From an uncultured Candidatus Saccharibacteria bacterium (GTDB lineage: Bacteria; Patescibacteriota; Saccharimonadia; Saccharimonadales; Saccharimonadaceae): a DNA stretch of 64,000 nucleotides. The translations under genes and the position numbers were made by a program. Under the pieces are notes generated by a model. That model did no database searches. It was not told the origin of the DNA and saw only the letters and a list, made by a program, of their open reading frames with translations. Of this stretch, positions 20,352 to 29,929 are shown piece by piece (the first letter of the stretch is position 1; each line of letters starts with the position of its first letter). The DNA is taken from the NCBI GenBank assembly GCA_963525845.1, contig CAURKU010000001.1, positions 193,311 through 257,310 on the forward strand. Reading direction: 5' to 3'.

Positions 20352-21305
20352 TTATTCGGCGTAAGGTGTTTTACGAAATGCAGCAACAAAAAATGCCTCG
20401 GTCAGGGTGCCTGGCATCAGGCGCAAGCACTCGCCTAGATCATGCGTCAGGTCACGGTCGTTCCAGGATTGGACGGCGGGAGCGCGATTTGGCAGCGGAG
20501 CGATGTCGATTGGCACAAGGCTGGCGTCAGGCTGACGACGCAGTAGCCAGTCGACGACTACTTCGTTTTCTTCTGGCGCCATGGTACAAGTGCTGTAAAC
20601 AAGTGTGCCACCGGGCTTTACCAGTCGCCAAGCCTCGAGGATGAGGCGTTTTTGCAGATCACTTAGTCTCCGAATATGTGCTACCGACCAGCTGTCAAAC
20701 AGCGGGGCGTCACTCAGGTCCAGGCTCATCAGCCCCTCGCCGGAACATGGAGCGTCAAGCAGAATTTTATCAAATGCTTCAAGCTGACGGCGGGAGAGGT
20801 TTCTAGCATCAGCTAGCATATATTCGGCTGAAACATTGAGGCGTTTGAGGTTGGCCTGGAGCTTCATCAGGCGCGGTTTAGAATTGTCATTACAGACCAG
20901 GTCAGCTTGACCATTAGCTAGGGCTTGAATATGGCTTGATTTACCGCCGGGCGCAGCGCACAGGTCGAGGATGCGTTCACCAGCCTCAGGTGTAAGCGCC
21001 AGCACCGGCAGCCAACTGGCGGCATTCTGGATATAGCCGCGGCCGATGTCGGCGAGGTGTTGATAATCAGCGATGTGCTCGGGGATGATTTCATAGCCAT
21101 CTGGACACCAGGCAACCTGGCGAGTCAGCAGTTTGGGAGCGACTTCCTCGTCGACCAGCGGATTGAGCCGAAAGCTCTGGGTGCGCGTCCGTGTCAGCAT
21201 CGTCTCGACCTCGGCGCGAGACAAGTCACTCCATTTGACGGTACGAGTAATCCAGAGCTCACGCTTTCTCTGGCGCTCCTGAACTGGGTCTTTACGCTTG
21301 GCCAT
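20352..21305 (-). CDS. RsmB/RsmF (NOL1/NOP2) RNA m5C methyltransferase
   Basis: DLCAAPGGKS, DAPCSGEG, YSTCT..PEENE; start approximate. Confidence 0.92.
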   Translation of the reverse strand: MAKRKDPVQERQRKRELWITRTVKWSDLSRAEVETMLTRTRTQSFRLNPLVDEEVAPKLLTRQVAWCPDGYEIIPEHIADYQHLADIGRGYIQNAASWLPVLALTPEAGERILDLCAAPGGKSSHIQALANGQADLVCNDNSKPRLMKLQANLKRLNVSAEYMLADARNLSRRQLEAFDKILLDAPCSGEGLMSLDLSDAPLFDSWSVAHIRRLSDLQKRLILEAWRLVKPGGTLVYSTCTMAPEENEVVVDWLLRRQPDASLVPIDIAPLPNRAPAVQSWNDRDLTHDLGECLRLMPGTLTEAFFVAAFRKTPYAE

Positions 21306-22113
21306 AATCATCCCCAGTGACGTGCCGATTAATGGCCTGGACGACGAATTGACCGTAGCGTCTATCAATTTCATGGCTTGCTAATATTTTAGTGACGGCG
21401 ATGTGCTTTTGTTTTGCTAATTTTCGCAGGTTTTTATTGATGATGACTGGGTCGAATTGCCCGTAAAATATTTCAACTGGTATGGTCAATTCGGCAATTT
21501 CCGTCAGCGCTTTTTGGTTGACGATGGCCGCGTCCAAGGTGTCGAGAAAGATTGGCAAGTTTGACTCATCGACGAGAAAGCCGGGGTTGAATAGCTTATA
21601 TTTCTTGGCAAAATCACTGGCGATTACCTTGCCGAGGGCTGGTTTATCAATGATTTTTTGGTATAGCGCGCGCAGTTGGCGTTCAGCCAAACGATCCTTG
21701 CCCTGTTGGTGATAGAGCGGTGGACTACACAGAATGAGCGAATCGATCAATGAAGGGTAATATCGCGCCGCATGCACCGCTACCAGCGCCCCCAAGCTAT
21801 GACCAACCAAGATGATTCGTCCATCGACCTTCTGCTGCGCCAGGGTTGCAACCAGGGAATCGACTTGAGTTTTAACGTCATAGGTTTTCCAGTGCGGTCG
21901 CGGCGAATTGCCAAAACCCAGTAAGTCAATCGCCAGTACGCGAGTAGTTTTATCAATCCTACGGCGCCCTACGACTCGCTGCCACATCGCCGATGAACTT
22001 CCAATGCCATGGATTAAGACCACCGTAGCGCGAGGGTGTTTCGGCGTTTGAAAATCATGCACGTATAATTTATACGGTACGCGCAGCCAGCGATGGATAA
22101 GTCGGTCGAACAT
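21292..22113 (-). CDS. Alpha/beta hydrolase
   Basis: LIHGIG, DLLGFGNS, GHSLG nucleophile elbow. Confidence 0.88.
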   Translation of the reverse strand: MFDRLIHRWLRVPYKLYVHDFQTPKHPRATVVLIHGIGSSSAMWQRVVGRRRIDKTTRVLAIDLLGFGNSPRPHWKTYDVKTQVDSLVATLAQQKVDGRIILVGHSLGALVAVHAARYYPSLIDSLILCSPPLYHQQGKDRLAERQLRALYQKIIDKPALGKVIASDFAKKYKLFNPGFLVDESNLPIFLDTLDAAIVNQKALTEIAELTIPVEIFYGQFDPVIINKNLRKLAKQKHIAVTKILASHEIDRRYGQFVVQAINRHVTGDDYGQA

Positions 22114-22129
22114 AGTCTTAGTATACTAT

Positions 22130-22164
22130 GAAAATACTCCGCCTGCATGTGACGGAGTATTTTC
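22130..22164. terminator. Intrinsic terminator after rpsI
   Basis: GAAAATACTCCG...CGGAGTATTTTC. Confidence 0.85.
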
Positions 22165-22186
22165 GAGAATTGGTTTCTCCTCTGTT

Positions 22187-22585
22187 TTAACGCTTGGAGA
22201 ATTGTTCGCGCTTGCGGGCAGAACGTAGACCGTATTTCTTGCGCTCTTTCTCGCGTGGGTCACGCTTGAGCAGCTCAGCCTTTTTCAGGACTGGGCGCAG
22301 GTCAGCGTGAGCAGCCGTCAATGCTTTGGCGATGCCAAGCTTGATGGCGTCAACTTGACCAGCGAGACCGCCACCTTTCACCAAGATGGTAACGTCGTAT
22401 TCCTTTTGCTTGCTGACGATAGCCAGTGGGTCGGTTACTTCTGCCAGCAAGGTTTTGTTGCCATCCAAGTACTCAGCGGCTGCTTTGCCGTTGATGGTGA
22501 TGGTACCCTTGCCAGGAAGCAAGCGAACACTTGCTGAAGCGCTTTTGCGTCGTCCCAAGCCGTAGAAATAGGTATCAGTAGCCAT
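22187..22585 (-). CDS. rpsI: 30S ribosomal protein S9
   Basis: GRRKSA, GGG..GQ, QFSKR. Confidence 0.98.
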   Translation of the reverse strand: MATDTYFYGLGRRKSASASVRLLPGKGTITINGKAAAEYLDGNKTLLAEVTDPLAIVSKQKEYDVTILVKGGGLAGQVDAIKLGIAKALTAAHADLRPVLKKAELLKRDPREKERKKYGLRSARKREQFSKR

Positions 22586-22586
22586 A

Positions 22587-23018
22587 TTACTTTACCTCAA
22601 CTTTCTCTGGGGTTTGTGCTGTGTGAGCATGCTCGCTGCCAGCAAATACGCGGAGGCGCTTGAGGCGCTCTGCTTGCAATTTGTTCTTTGGCAACATGCC
22701 TTTAACAGCTTCTTCAATAATTCGTTCTGGGTGGCGTTCACGCATTTCTTTGAACTGCGTTTCTTTGATGCCGCCTGGGAAACCGCTGTGACGGTAGTAG
22801 TACTTGTCAGTTTCCTTGTAGCCAGTAACGACGGTGTTTGCAGCGTTGATAACCACGACGTAGTCGCCACCATCAACGTGTGGTGTGTAAGTTGGCTTAT
22901 ATTTACCGGTCAGATGTTTGGCAATTTCGGTTGCCAAGCGTCCCAGTGGCAATTCGCTCGCGTCAAACAATACCCAGCGGCGAGAAACGTCAGATGGTTT
23001 TTGTGAATACGTCTTCAT
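22587..23018 (-). CDS. rplM: 50S ribosomal protein L13
   Basis: LGRLAT, YTPHVDGGD, GMLPK; start reassigned to ATG 23018. Confidence 0.97.
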   Translation of the reverse strand: MKTYSQKPSDVSRRWVLFDASELPLGRLATEIAKHLTGKYKPTYTPHVDGGDYVVVINAANTVVTGYKETDKYYYRHSGFPGGIKETQFKEMRERHPERIIEEAVKGMLPKNKLQAERLKRLRVFAGSEHAHTAQTPEKVEVK

Positions 23019-23019
23019 C

Positions 23020-23406
23020 TTATTTCTCCTTCTTTGGCATTGGTTTGATGTCGTCGACAAACTCGATGATTGCCATTTGCGCGCCGTCGCCAACACGTAG
23101 GCGGGTTCGTTCAACGCGAACGTGTCCGCTGGTGCGGCCGCCGAGTTGCGGGGCGATTTCATCAACGAGCTTGTAAGCAGCAGCGCGGGTGCTGAGTGCT
23201 GCGATCACCTGGCGGCGGCTTGCCAAATCACCCTTCTTCGCCTTGGTGATGATTTTTTCAATGTGGCGCTTCAGCTCTTTGGCTTTCGGCAAGGTGGTCT
23301 CGATTTTGCCGTGCTCAACCAGGCTGGTCGCCAGGCCCTTGAGTAAGGCTCGTCGTTGATCACGCTCACGGCCGAACTTGCGCCCTTGATATCCGTGTCT
23401 ATGCAT
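23020..23406 (-). CDS. rplQ: 50S ribosomal protein L17
   Basis: IETTLPKAKE, GDGAQMAIIE. Confidence 0.96.
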   Translation of the reverse strand: MHRHGYQGRKFGRERDQRRALLKGLATSLVEHGKIETTLPKAKELKRHIEKIITKAKKGDLASRRQVIAALSTRAAAYKLVDEIAPQLGGRTSGHVRVERTRLRVGDGAQMAIIEFVDDIKPMPKKEK

Positions 23407-23408
23407 AG

Positions 23409-24329
23409 TTAAAACTCCAACTCCGCCATCTTGTCGCGTACTTCATCTAGCGCCTTTGAGCCAAAGCCTTTCAATTCTCGCAAATCTTGCTCGGTCAAAG
23501 TCACCAGGTCGCGAATCGTGCGGATTTCATTGTTAATCAGCGCGTTCGTCGTGCGGGCGCTTAGGTTTAATTCTTCGATGGATGTATCCAATTCAGCTTC
23601 ACTGTCTTCAGTGGTTGTGCCAAGCGCAGGTGCACTCACAACAGTGGTGCTGCCAGCCAAGGCTGTGTATTGGTTGACCAAGATGGCTGCAGCCTCTTCA
23701 AACGCCTCGCGTGGCGTCATGGTGCCGTCAGTTTCAATTGTCATGGTCAATTTGTCCAAGTTGGTCTCGTCGCCAACACGAGTTGGATCAACCTTGTAGC
23801 GTACGCGCAAAACTGGAGTGAAGACTGCGTCCAGAGCGATCATGTCTGAATGTAGGCGTGATTCGCTTGAGTCTTCGATGGTTTGGTAACCGCGACCAGC
23901 TTCTGCCACCAAGTCCATGATGACCGTTTTCTTTGGATCATCGATGGTAGTGATGACGTGGTCTGGGTTAACAACTTCTACTTCGCCGTTTGCTTGGATA
24001 TCGCCAGCGGTGATAACACCACCAGTTTTCTCCAAACGCAACTCAACTGGCTCGTCAGTATGAACGCGGAGTCGTACACCCTTCAAGTTCAGCATGATGT
24101 CAACGACATCTTCTTTGATGCCTTCAACGGTGGTGAACTCGTGTGTTGCACCTTCAATGCGGAAAGCGACGATTGCACCACCGCGGATGCTGGAGAGCAA
24201 GACGCGGCGCATTGAGTTACCCAACGTGTTGCCGTAGCCTGAGTGGAGCGGTTCAATCAGAAAGGTTGCACTGGTGTCAGAAACATCTTCGATGCTTGCC
24301 AGAGCTGGATTATAAATTGCTTTTGCCAT
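23409..24329 (-). CDS. rpoA: RNA polymerase alpha subunit
   Basis: EPL..GYGNTLGNSMRRVLLSS, HEFTT, alphaCTD. Confidence 0.98.
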   Translation of the reverse strand: MAKAIYNPALASIEDVSDTSATFLIEPLHSGYGNTLGNSMRRVLLSSIRGGAIVAFRIEGATHEFTTVEGIKEDVVDIMLNLKGVRLRVHTDEPVELRLEKTGGVITAGDIQANGEVEVVNPDHVITTIDDPKKTVIMDLVAEAGRGYQTIEDSSESRLHSDMIALDAVFTPVLRVRYKVDPTRVGDETNLDKLTMTIETDGTMTPREAFEEAAAILVNQYTALAGSTTVVSAPALGTTTEDSEAELDTSIEELNLSARTTNALINNEIRTIRDLVTLTEQDLRELKGFGSKALDEVRDKMAELEF

Positions 24330-24349
24330 AATTTTCCCTAACCCTTCTT

Positions 24350-24970
24350 TTATCGTGAGTAATACTCAACAATTAATTGCTCGTTGATATCAGCTTCTGC
24401 TTCTTCACGCTTTGGCTGTCCAGTGATCTCAATTTTCAATTTTTTGACATCACTCTTCATCCAGCTGAGCGGACCTTGAATTGAGTTGCTGACAACGTCG
24501 TCGATGTGCGTAAAGTATACTGACTTGGTACTCTTTGGACGCACTTCGATGACATCACCTGCTTTAACGCGAATTGATGGAATATCAACACGGCGACCGT
24601 TCAACAAGAAGTGACCGTGTCCGACTAGCTGGCGAGCAGCGCGGCGGCTGGTTGCAAAACCAGCACGGTAAACCACGTTGTCCAGGCGGCGTTCCAGCAG
24701 CTTCAACAGGTTCTCGCCTGCCAAACCTTCTTGGGCGCGTGTTGCTTCGTCCATCAGCCGAGCAAATTGCTTTTCAACCAAACCGTACAGGCGGCGAACT
24801 TTTTGCTTTTCGCGCAGCTGTGTGGCGTACAAACTTGGTTTGTTGTGTCGGCTGTGTGCGTGTTGACCTGGAATGCCAGATTTTCGTGCCAAAACTTTAT
24901 GTGCTTTTGGATGAAGCGCATAACCTTCGCGGCGGCTTTGCTTGACAATCGGTGAATTATCTCGTGCCAT
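24350..24970 (-). CDS. rpsD: 30S ribosomal protein S4 (Cys-free)
   Basis: QLREKQK, LERRLDNVVYR, IVEYYSR. Confidence 0.98.
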   Translation of the reverse strand: MARDNSPIVKQSRREGYALHPKAHKVLARKSGIPGQHAHSRHNKPSLYATQLREKQKVRRLYGLVEKQFARLMDEATRAQEGLAGENLLKLLERRLDNVVYRAGFATSRRAARQLVGHGHFLLNGRRVDIPSIRVKAGDVIEVRPKSTKSVYFTHIDDVVSNSIQGPLSWMKSDVKKLKIEITGQPKREEAEADINEQLIVEYYSR

Positions 24971-24972
24971 AA

Positions 24973-25362
24973 TTATGCCCTCCGTGCCTTTCGTGGACGA
25001 ACACCGCCGTGAGGCACGCCGGTTACGTCCTTAATGCTTTCTACTGAGATGTCGAAGGCGCCAACCGCACGAATAGCTGCGTCACGGCCCAAGCCGACAC
25101 CTTTGACGAAAACGTCAACTGATTTCAAACCATACTGCGTTTTCGCAGCTTCAGCAGCTTTTTCAGCAGCAACCTGTGAAGCATAGGCGGTGCCTTTTTT
25201 GCTACCACGGAAACCACATGCACCAGCTGATGAAGCGGTCAACACGTTACCCTTCTTGTCAGAAAAGGTAACAATGGTGTTGTTAAATGTTGCTTGAATA
25301 TGTAGCTGACCAGCTGGGACTGATCGGCGCTGCTTTTTCTTGGTAGATTTTGCGTCTGCCAT
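24973..25362 (-). CDS. rpsK: 30S ribosomal protein S11
   Basis: TFNNTIVT, DVTGVPHGG. Confidence 0.98.
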   Translation of the reverse strand: MADAKSTKKKQRRSVPAGQLHIQATFNNTIVTFSDKKGNVLTASSAGACGFRGSKKGTAYASQVAAEKAAEAAKTQYGLKSVDVFVKGVGLGRDAAIRAVGAFDISVESIKDVTGVPHGGVRPRKARRA

Positions 25363-25377
25363 TTCTTAGTCCTTTCT

Positions 25378-25764
25378 TTAGGTCTTACTTGCTGCTTTTG
25401 GTTGTGTACCGCCCACGGCGATGGCGCGACCCTTGCGAGTTCGTGCATTCGTACGAGTCCGCTGTCCGCGTGTCGGCAGTCCTGCTTTGTGGCGAAGACC
25501 GCGATAGGCGTTGATATCCTTCAAGCGCTTAATGTTGTTAGTTACCAAGCGCTGGAGATCACCTTCGACGGTGTATTCGCTGTCGATAATTTCGCGAATC
25601 TTGTTTTCTTCAGCCTCGGTGAGATCTTTCACCCGAGTGGTCGGCTCAATCTTAGCCGCCGCAAGGATGCTCGAAGCGTGCTTTGGCCCAATCCCATAAA
25701 TATAGGTGAGCGCGATTTGCACTTGCTTCTCTGTTGGGATAACTACCCCAGCAATTCGAGCCAT
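25378..25764 (-). CDS. rpsM: 30S ribosomal protein S13
   Basis: [21 protein letters not shown]. Confidence 0.98.
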   Translation of the reverse strand: MARIAGVVIPTEKQVQIALTYIYGIGPKHASSILAAAKIEPTTRVKDLTEAEENKIREIIDSEYTVEGDLQRLVTNNIKRLKDINAYRGLRHKAGLPTRGQRTRTNARTRKGRAIAVGGTQPKAASKT

Positions 25765-25766
25765 GC

Positions 25767-25907
25767 TTAACCCTGCCTTTGCTTGTTCTTAGGTTTTTTC
25801 TTGTTGATGACGCGCAGTCTGGCGATGCGCTTGCCCTTTTTACGGCCAACGCGGCGCACGAGTACGTCATCGGGACTGATTTTTCTAACACTTGCACGAA
25901 CTTTCAT
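25767..25907 (-). CDS. rpmJ: 50S ribosomal protein L36, Cys-free, 46 aa with basic insertion (below ORF-track cutoff)
   Basis: Hand translation [46 protein letters not shown]; located between infA and rpsM. Confidence 0.93.
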   Translation of the reverse strand: MKVRASVRKISPDDVLVRRVGRKKGKRIARLRVINKKKPKNKQRQG

Positions 25908-25961
25908 AAAGTGCGTAAATCTCCCTTCCCGAGTAAACCCGAGATTAACGTTAATATTTGA

Positions 25962-26207
25962 CTAGCGACCCTGGTGTGGTCGGTCGTCACGTAGGCGGAA
26001 GCTGATTCGTCCCTTTGTAAGATCGTAAGGGGTCATCTCAACCTCAACCTTATCACCGGGCACCAGGCGAATATAGTGCTTGCGCATTCGTCCTGAAATG
26101 TGCGCGATGATACTATGGCCATTCTCCAGTTCCACCTTAAATTGAGTATTAGGCAGTGCTTCCACTACCTTACCAATCATTTTGATGACTTCCTTTTGAC
26201 TCGCCAT
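25962..26207 (-). CDS. infA: Translation initiation factor IF-1
   Basis: [22 protein letters not shown]. Confidence 0.98.
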   Translation of the reverse strand: MASQKEVIKMIGKVVEALPNTQFKVELENGHSIIAHISGRMRKHYIRLVPGDKVEVEMTPYDLTKGRISFRLRDDRPHQGR

Positions 26208-26255
26208 AAGTTACAGTTGTCAATTATACAGCACGCAGCGCAGTTTGGCAAGAGG

Positions 26256-26298
26256 TATTTTCGTAAATTTATGTGCTATACGTATTATCTCACAACAT
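26256..26298 (+). repeat. Left boundary repeats of cop cassette: A (26256-26281) then B (26282-26298)
   Basis: A = TATTTTCGTAAATTTATGTGCTATAC; B = GTATTATCTCACAACAT. Confidence 0.9.
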
Positions 26299-26401
26299 TT
26301 CTTAGAATAGACTTTTTAAGTTTTTTATATCATTTCTACAAGTTTGTAAATTGCTATTTATAAATTATAATATTGTAAACTTTAACCTATTTTTTAAAAT
26401 T

Positions 26402-28630
26402 CTATTTAACTTTAAAAAATTTCAATCTTAAAGCATTACCCAAAACAGATACTGAACTAAATGACATTGCAAAAGCCGCTATCATCGGATCCAATTTTGG
26501 TCCATTGAAAAATGCATAAAATATTCCAGCGGCAAATGGTATTCCAAGTACGTTATAAAAGAATGCCCAAAATAGATTTTCCTTTATATTTGTGATTGTT
26601 GCTTTACTTAATGCTATTGCACCCGCAACATCTCTCAAATCGTTTTTAATTAAGACGATATCAGCGGATTCTATAGCAACATCTGTTCCATTTCCTATCG
26701 CAATTCCAACATTTGCCTGAGCCAGTGCTGGTGAATCGTTAATTCCGTCTCCAACCATTGCAACAAATTCATCTTTTTCCTGAAGTTCCTTTACTTTTTG
26801 AGATTTCTGATTAGGCAGCACTTCTGAAATTACATCATCTATTCCCACTTGTTTTGCGATAAATTTGGCAGTTTTTTCGTTATCTCCAGTTAGCATTACT
26901 GTCTTGATTCCCATTTTTTTCAGTTTTTCTATAGCTTCCTTGCTTGTTTCCTTGATAACGTCTGCAACTGCAACAAGTCCCGCCAATTCGTTATCAATCG
27001 AAATGTACATTGGCGTTTTTCCTTCATTTAACAAAATATCATAATCTTTTTGAGAAATTTCCACATTGATTTTTCGATTTTCCATCAATTTTCTATTTCC
27101 AATTTGAACTTCCTTGTCTTTAAATGTTGCACGAATACCGTAACCTGGCATTGCCCTAAATTTTTCATACGGCTTAATTTCAATATTTTTCTCTTTTGCT
27201 TTGTTTACGATTGCTTCTGCCAATGGATGTTCTGAATCATTTTCCACACTTGCAGCAATTTTTAACAATTCATTTTCATTATATTTCCCATAAGCAATCA
27301 AATTAGTCAGTACAGGCTTTCCTTTCGTAATTGTACCAGTCTTGTCAAAGACAACAGTTTTTATTTTATGCGCTGTTTCAAGGGCTTCCCCGCTTTTTAT
27401 AAGAATACCGTTCTCAGCCCCTTTTCCAGTTCCAACCATTATTGATGTAGGTGTTGCAAGTCCCAATGCACACGGACACGCAATTACAAGTACAGCGATG
27501 AAAAACGACAATGCAGTAACCAATCCACTTCCACTTAGAAACCAAGCAATTCCTGTAATTATCGCAATCCCAATAACAATCGGCACAAAATATGCCGACA
27601 CAATGTCTGCCATTCTAGAAATAGGAGCCTTTGACCCCTGTGCCTCCTCAACCAGCTTTATAATTTGTGACAAAACTGTATTTTTACCAATTTCAGTCGC
27701 CTCAAATCTGATACTTCCATTTTTATTTATACTTCCTCCAACAACCTTATCTCCAACTTTTTTGCTTACTGGCAAACTTTCTCCTGTCAACATTGACTCA
27801 TCAACAGAAGTCGCCCCTTCCACAATTCTTCCATCCACCGCAATTTTTTCTCCCGGCTTCACAATAACAATATCTCCAACTTTCAAGTTTTCAATCAGAA
27901 CTTCCTTTTCCGCTCCATTTTCAATAATTTTAGCCTTTTTAGGTTGAAGTCTGATAAGTTTTTTTATTGCCGATGAAGTTTGACCTTTTGTTTTTGCCTC
28001 CAGCAGTTTTCCAAACAAGATTAACGTAATAATTGCACCAGCCGACTCATAATATAAATCCATATGTGCTTCAGGATCTACAGTTACAATTCTAAAAGTT
28101 GCATAAATTCCATAGAGTACCGCCGCTGTTGCCCCAATAGCAATTAATGAATCCATTGTTGGAGATTTTCTTACTAAATTTTTAAATCCATGTGAAAAAA
28201 AATCTCTCCCAGCATAAATAATAGGCAAAGTCAACACAAACTGTGCCAACGCAAAATTAAGCGGATTTACCTTAGGATTCAAAAATTCAGGAAGTACTGC
28301 CCCAAGCATATGCCCCATCGAAATATACAAAAGTGGAACAACAAAAATAACTGCTAAAATTAATCGATTTTTCAAACTTGTTATTTTTTCTTGATAAAGT
28401 TCCACCTTTTTATCTTCTGTCATATCCTCAGCCAGTCCATACCCAGCCGACTCCACTATTTCCCTAATTTTATCAAAATTGTACTTCTTCTCATCATATT
28501 CAATATTCAATTTTTCAGTTGCAAAATTAACTGAAGCGTTAATATCATTATTTTTATTAAGTGCCTTTTCCACAGCATTGGCACAAGATGCACAGCTCAT
28601 TCCAGTTACTGTATAGTTTTTTTCTGCCAT
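26402..28630 (-). CDS. copA: Cu(I)-exporting P1B-type ATPase
   Basis: [31 protein letters not shown] and MxxSS motifs; SD favours ATG 28630. Confidence 0.95.
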   Translation of the reverse strand: MAEKNYTVTGMSCASCANAVEKALNKNNDINASVNFATEKLNIEYDEKKYNFDKIREIVESAGYGLAEDMTEDKKVELYQEKITSLKNRLILAVIFVVPLLYISMGHMLGAVLPEFLNPKVNPLNFALAQFVLTLPIIYAGRDFFSHGFKNLVRKSPTMDSLIAIGATAAVLYGIYATFRIVTVDPEAHMDLYYESAGAIITLILFGKLLEAKTKGQTSSAIKKLIRLQPKKAKIIENGAEKEVLIENLKVGDIVIVKPGEKIAVDGRIVEGATSVDESMLTGESLPVSKKVGDKVVGGSINKNGSIRFEATEIGKNTVLSQIIKLVEEAQGSKAPISRMADIVSAYFVPIVIGIAIITGIAWFLSGSGLVTALSFFIAVLVIACPCALGLATPTSIMVGTGKGAENGILIKSGEALETAHKIKTVVFDKTGTITKGKPVLTNLIAYGKYNENELLKIAASVENDSEHPLAEAIVNKAKEKNIEIKPYEKFRAMPGYGIRATFKDKEVQIGNRKLMENRKINVEISQKDYDILLNEGKTPMYISIDNELAGLVAVADVIKETSKEAIEKLKKMGIKTVMLTGDNEKTAKFIAKQVGIDDVISEVLPNQKSQKVKELQEKDEFVAMVGDGINDSPALAQANVGIAIGNGTDVAIESADIVLIKNDLRDVAGAIALSKATITNIKENLFWAFFYNVLGIPFAAGIFYAFFNGPKLDPMIAAFAMSFSSVSVLGNALRLKFFKVK

Positions 28631-28663
28631 AATCTTTTCCTCCTTCATTTAGCACACTATATC

Positions 28664-29131
28664 TTAAATATGCTTATGTCCGCTATGTTCGCAATTACAC
28701 TGCCCCTCCACACAATCACACAAAACTTCTTCCATAGCCGTCTTCCTCTTTTCCTCAACAGCCTTTAAAATCAAATCCAAGTCGTCAAAACTCAGTTCAC
28801 TGTTCTCAATAACTTTCCCTATCATTTCTCCAACTTTCGTTTTACAAATTTTATCAAAAGTTCCTAATATATAACTGTTAGCAACTTCCTTTTCTGTAAA
28901 ATCTGTCGAATAAATATACTTGTTCCCAATTTCCCTCTTTTTCAAAATATTCTTTTCCAGTAGCCGATTCAACAGCGTCTTTATTGTAGCCTGTTTCCAG
29001 TTCATTTTCTCACAAAGCACCTCTGTCATAAACTTGCTCGTAACTTCGCTATTTGCCCACACAACTCGCATTACTTCCCATTCTGCATCGGTTATATGCT
29101 GTTTTTTATCGATTCTGCAATTTTCTTTCAC
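28664..29131 (-). CDS. copY: CopY/TcrY-family copper-responsive repressor
   Basis: BlaI-type ITDAEWEVMRVVW, TIKTLLNRL; C-terminal CxC-x4-CxC; GTG start with AGGAGG. Confidence 0.93.
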   Translation of the reverse strand: MKENCRIDKKQHITDAEWEVMRVVWANSEVTSKFMTEVLCEKMNWKQATIKTLLNRLLEKNILKKREIGNKYIYSTDFTEKEVANSYILGTFDKICKTKVGEMIGKVIENSELSFDDLDLILKAVEEKRKTAMEEVLCDCVEGQCNCEHSGHKHI

Positions 29132-29149
29132 ATTCTTACCTCCTTTAAT

Positions 29150-29196
29150 GTTTACGTTTGTAATCTTTTTACATTATATAGTTTACAACAGTAATC
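29150..29196 (-). promoter_or_regulatory. cop promoter with two cop-box-like operators flanking TATAAT
   Basis: GATTACTGTTGTAAAC and GATTACAAACGTAAAC (each one mismatch from TACAnnTGTA) around the -10 at 29173-29178. Confidence 0.75.
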
Positions 29197-29222
29197 GTTT
29201 TTTGTATATTCTTGTCACATAT

Positions 29223-29264
29223 GTATTATCTCACAACATATTTCCATAAATTTATGTGCTATAC
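29223..29264 (+). repeat. Right boundary repeats of cop cassette: B (29223-29239) then A (29239-29264)
   Basis: B identical to the left copy; A matches 24/26. Confidence 0.9.
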
Positions 29265-29295
29265 TTGAGCTATCAAATTTAACATAAGGATTTTT

Positions 29296-29877
29296 ATGGC
29301 AAGTACGAAAAATCGGACAAAGTCTCAAACAAAAAAATCACAAGTTGAGCTGCTGGTACCCGTTTTGATTGGTGTGATAGCAGTGTTGATGCTGATTGTT
29401 GGTTGTTTGGTGTGGAAATTGAACTGTCAATCACCACACAAACCATACGCAGTGACGGAAAAGATTGGCAGCGGCTTCGTGAGTTTGGGCTCATTGGGCT
29501 TTCGTTTTGAGGGAAATAAGGCGATCGCTCGGCACGACGCGTCCGTAAAAGAAATTCGTGAGTTTCTGAAAAAAGAAAATGAGCGATCAGGTTGCAAAGA
29601 TAACAATGGTGCGGTCAGCGTGATCGCGTATTCTCAAGATGAAAAACAATTACTATTAGGTTCTGGTTGTGGCAACACGCTCGCGCGGATGTTTGCAGTA
29701 AAGAAAGACGATAGTTGGAAAGCAATTTCACCAACAAATCAGTTCAATTTGTTCGAAGTTCCAAGTTGTAAAATGACTGATGAAAATAATATCAGCAAGG
29801 AAATCGCGCCGGTTTGCCAGAATGAAAGTCGCGCTGCAGAGAATGCTCCCCTGACTTATTCTTACAGAGTACGTTAG
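29296..29877 (+). CDS. Single-TM hypothetical protein with Cys-containing external domain
   Basis: 193-aa ORF, N-terminal TM, AAGGA SD. Confidence 0.75.
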   Translation: MASTKNRTKSQTKKSQVELLVPVLIGVIAVLMLIVGCLVWKLNCQSPHKPYAVTEKIGSGFVSLGSLGFRFEGNKAIARHDASVKEIREFLKKENERSGCKDNNGAVSVIAYSQDEKQLLLGSGCGNTLARMFAVKKDDSWKAISPTNQFNLFEVPSCKMTDENNISKEIAPVCQNESRAAENAPLTYSYRVR

Positions 29878-29929
29878 TCTCGGTATTGTACCAAATAAAA
29901 ATCCCCGTTTCGTGCGGGGATTTAGTGTA

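Larger units (their letters stand above)
26282..29239. mobile_element. Horizontally acquired AT-rich copper-resistance cassette with no mobility gene
   Basis: Abrupt composition shift; identical 17-bp direct repeats at both ends, nested in a 26-bp duplication. Confidence 0.8.

Noticed and set aside
26256..26298. Chromosomal dif site
   Set aside because: Does not match the XerD arm TTATGTTAAAT and occurs twice around foreign cargo.
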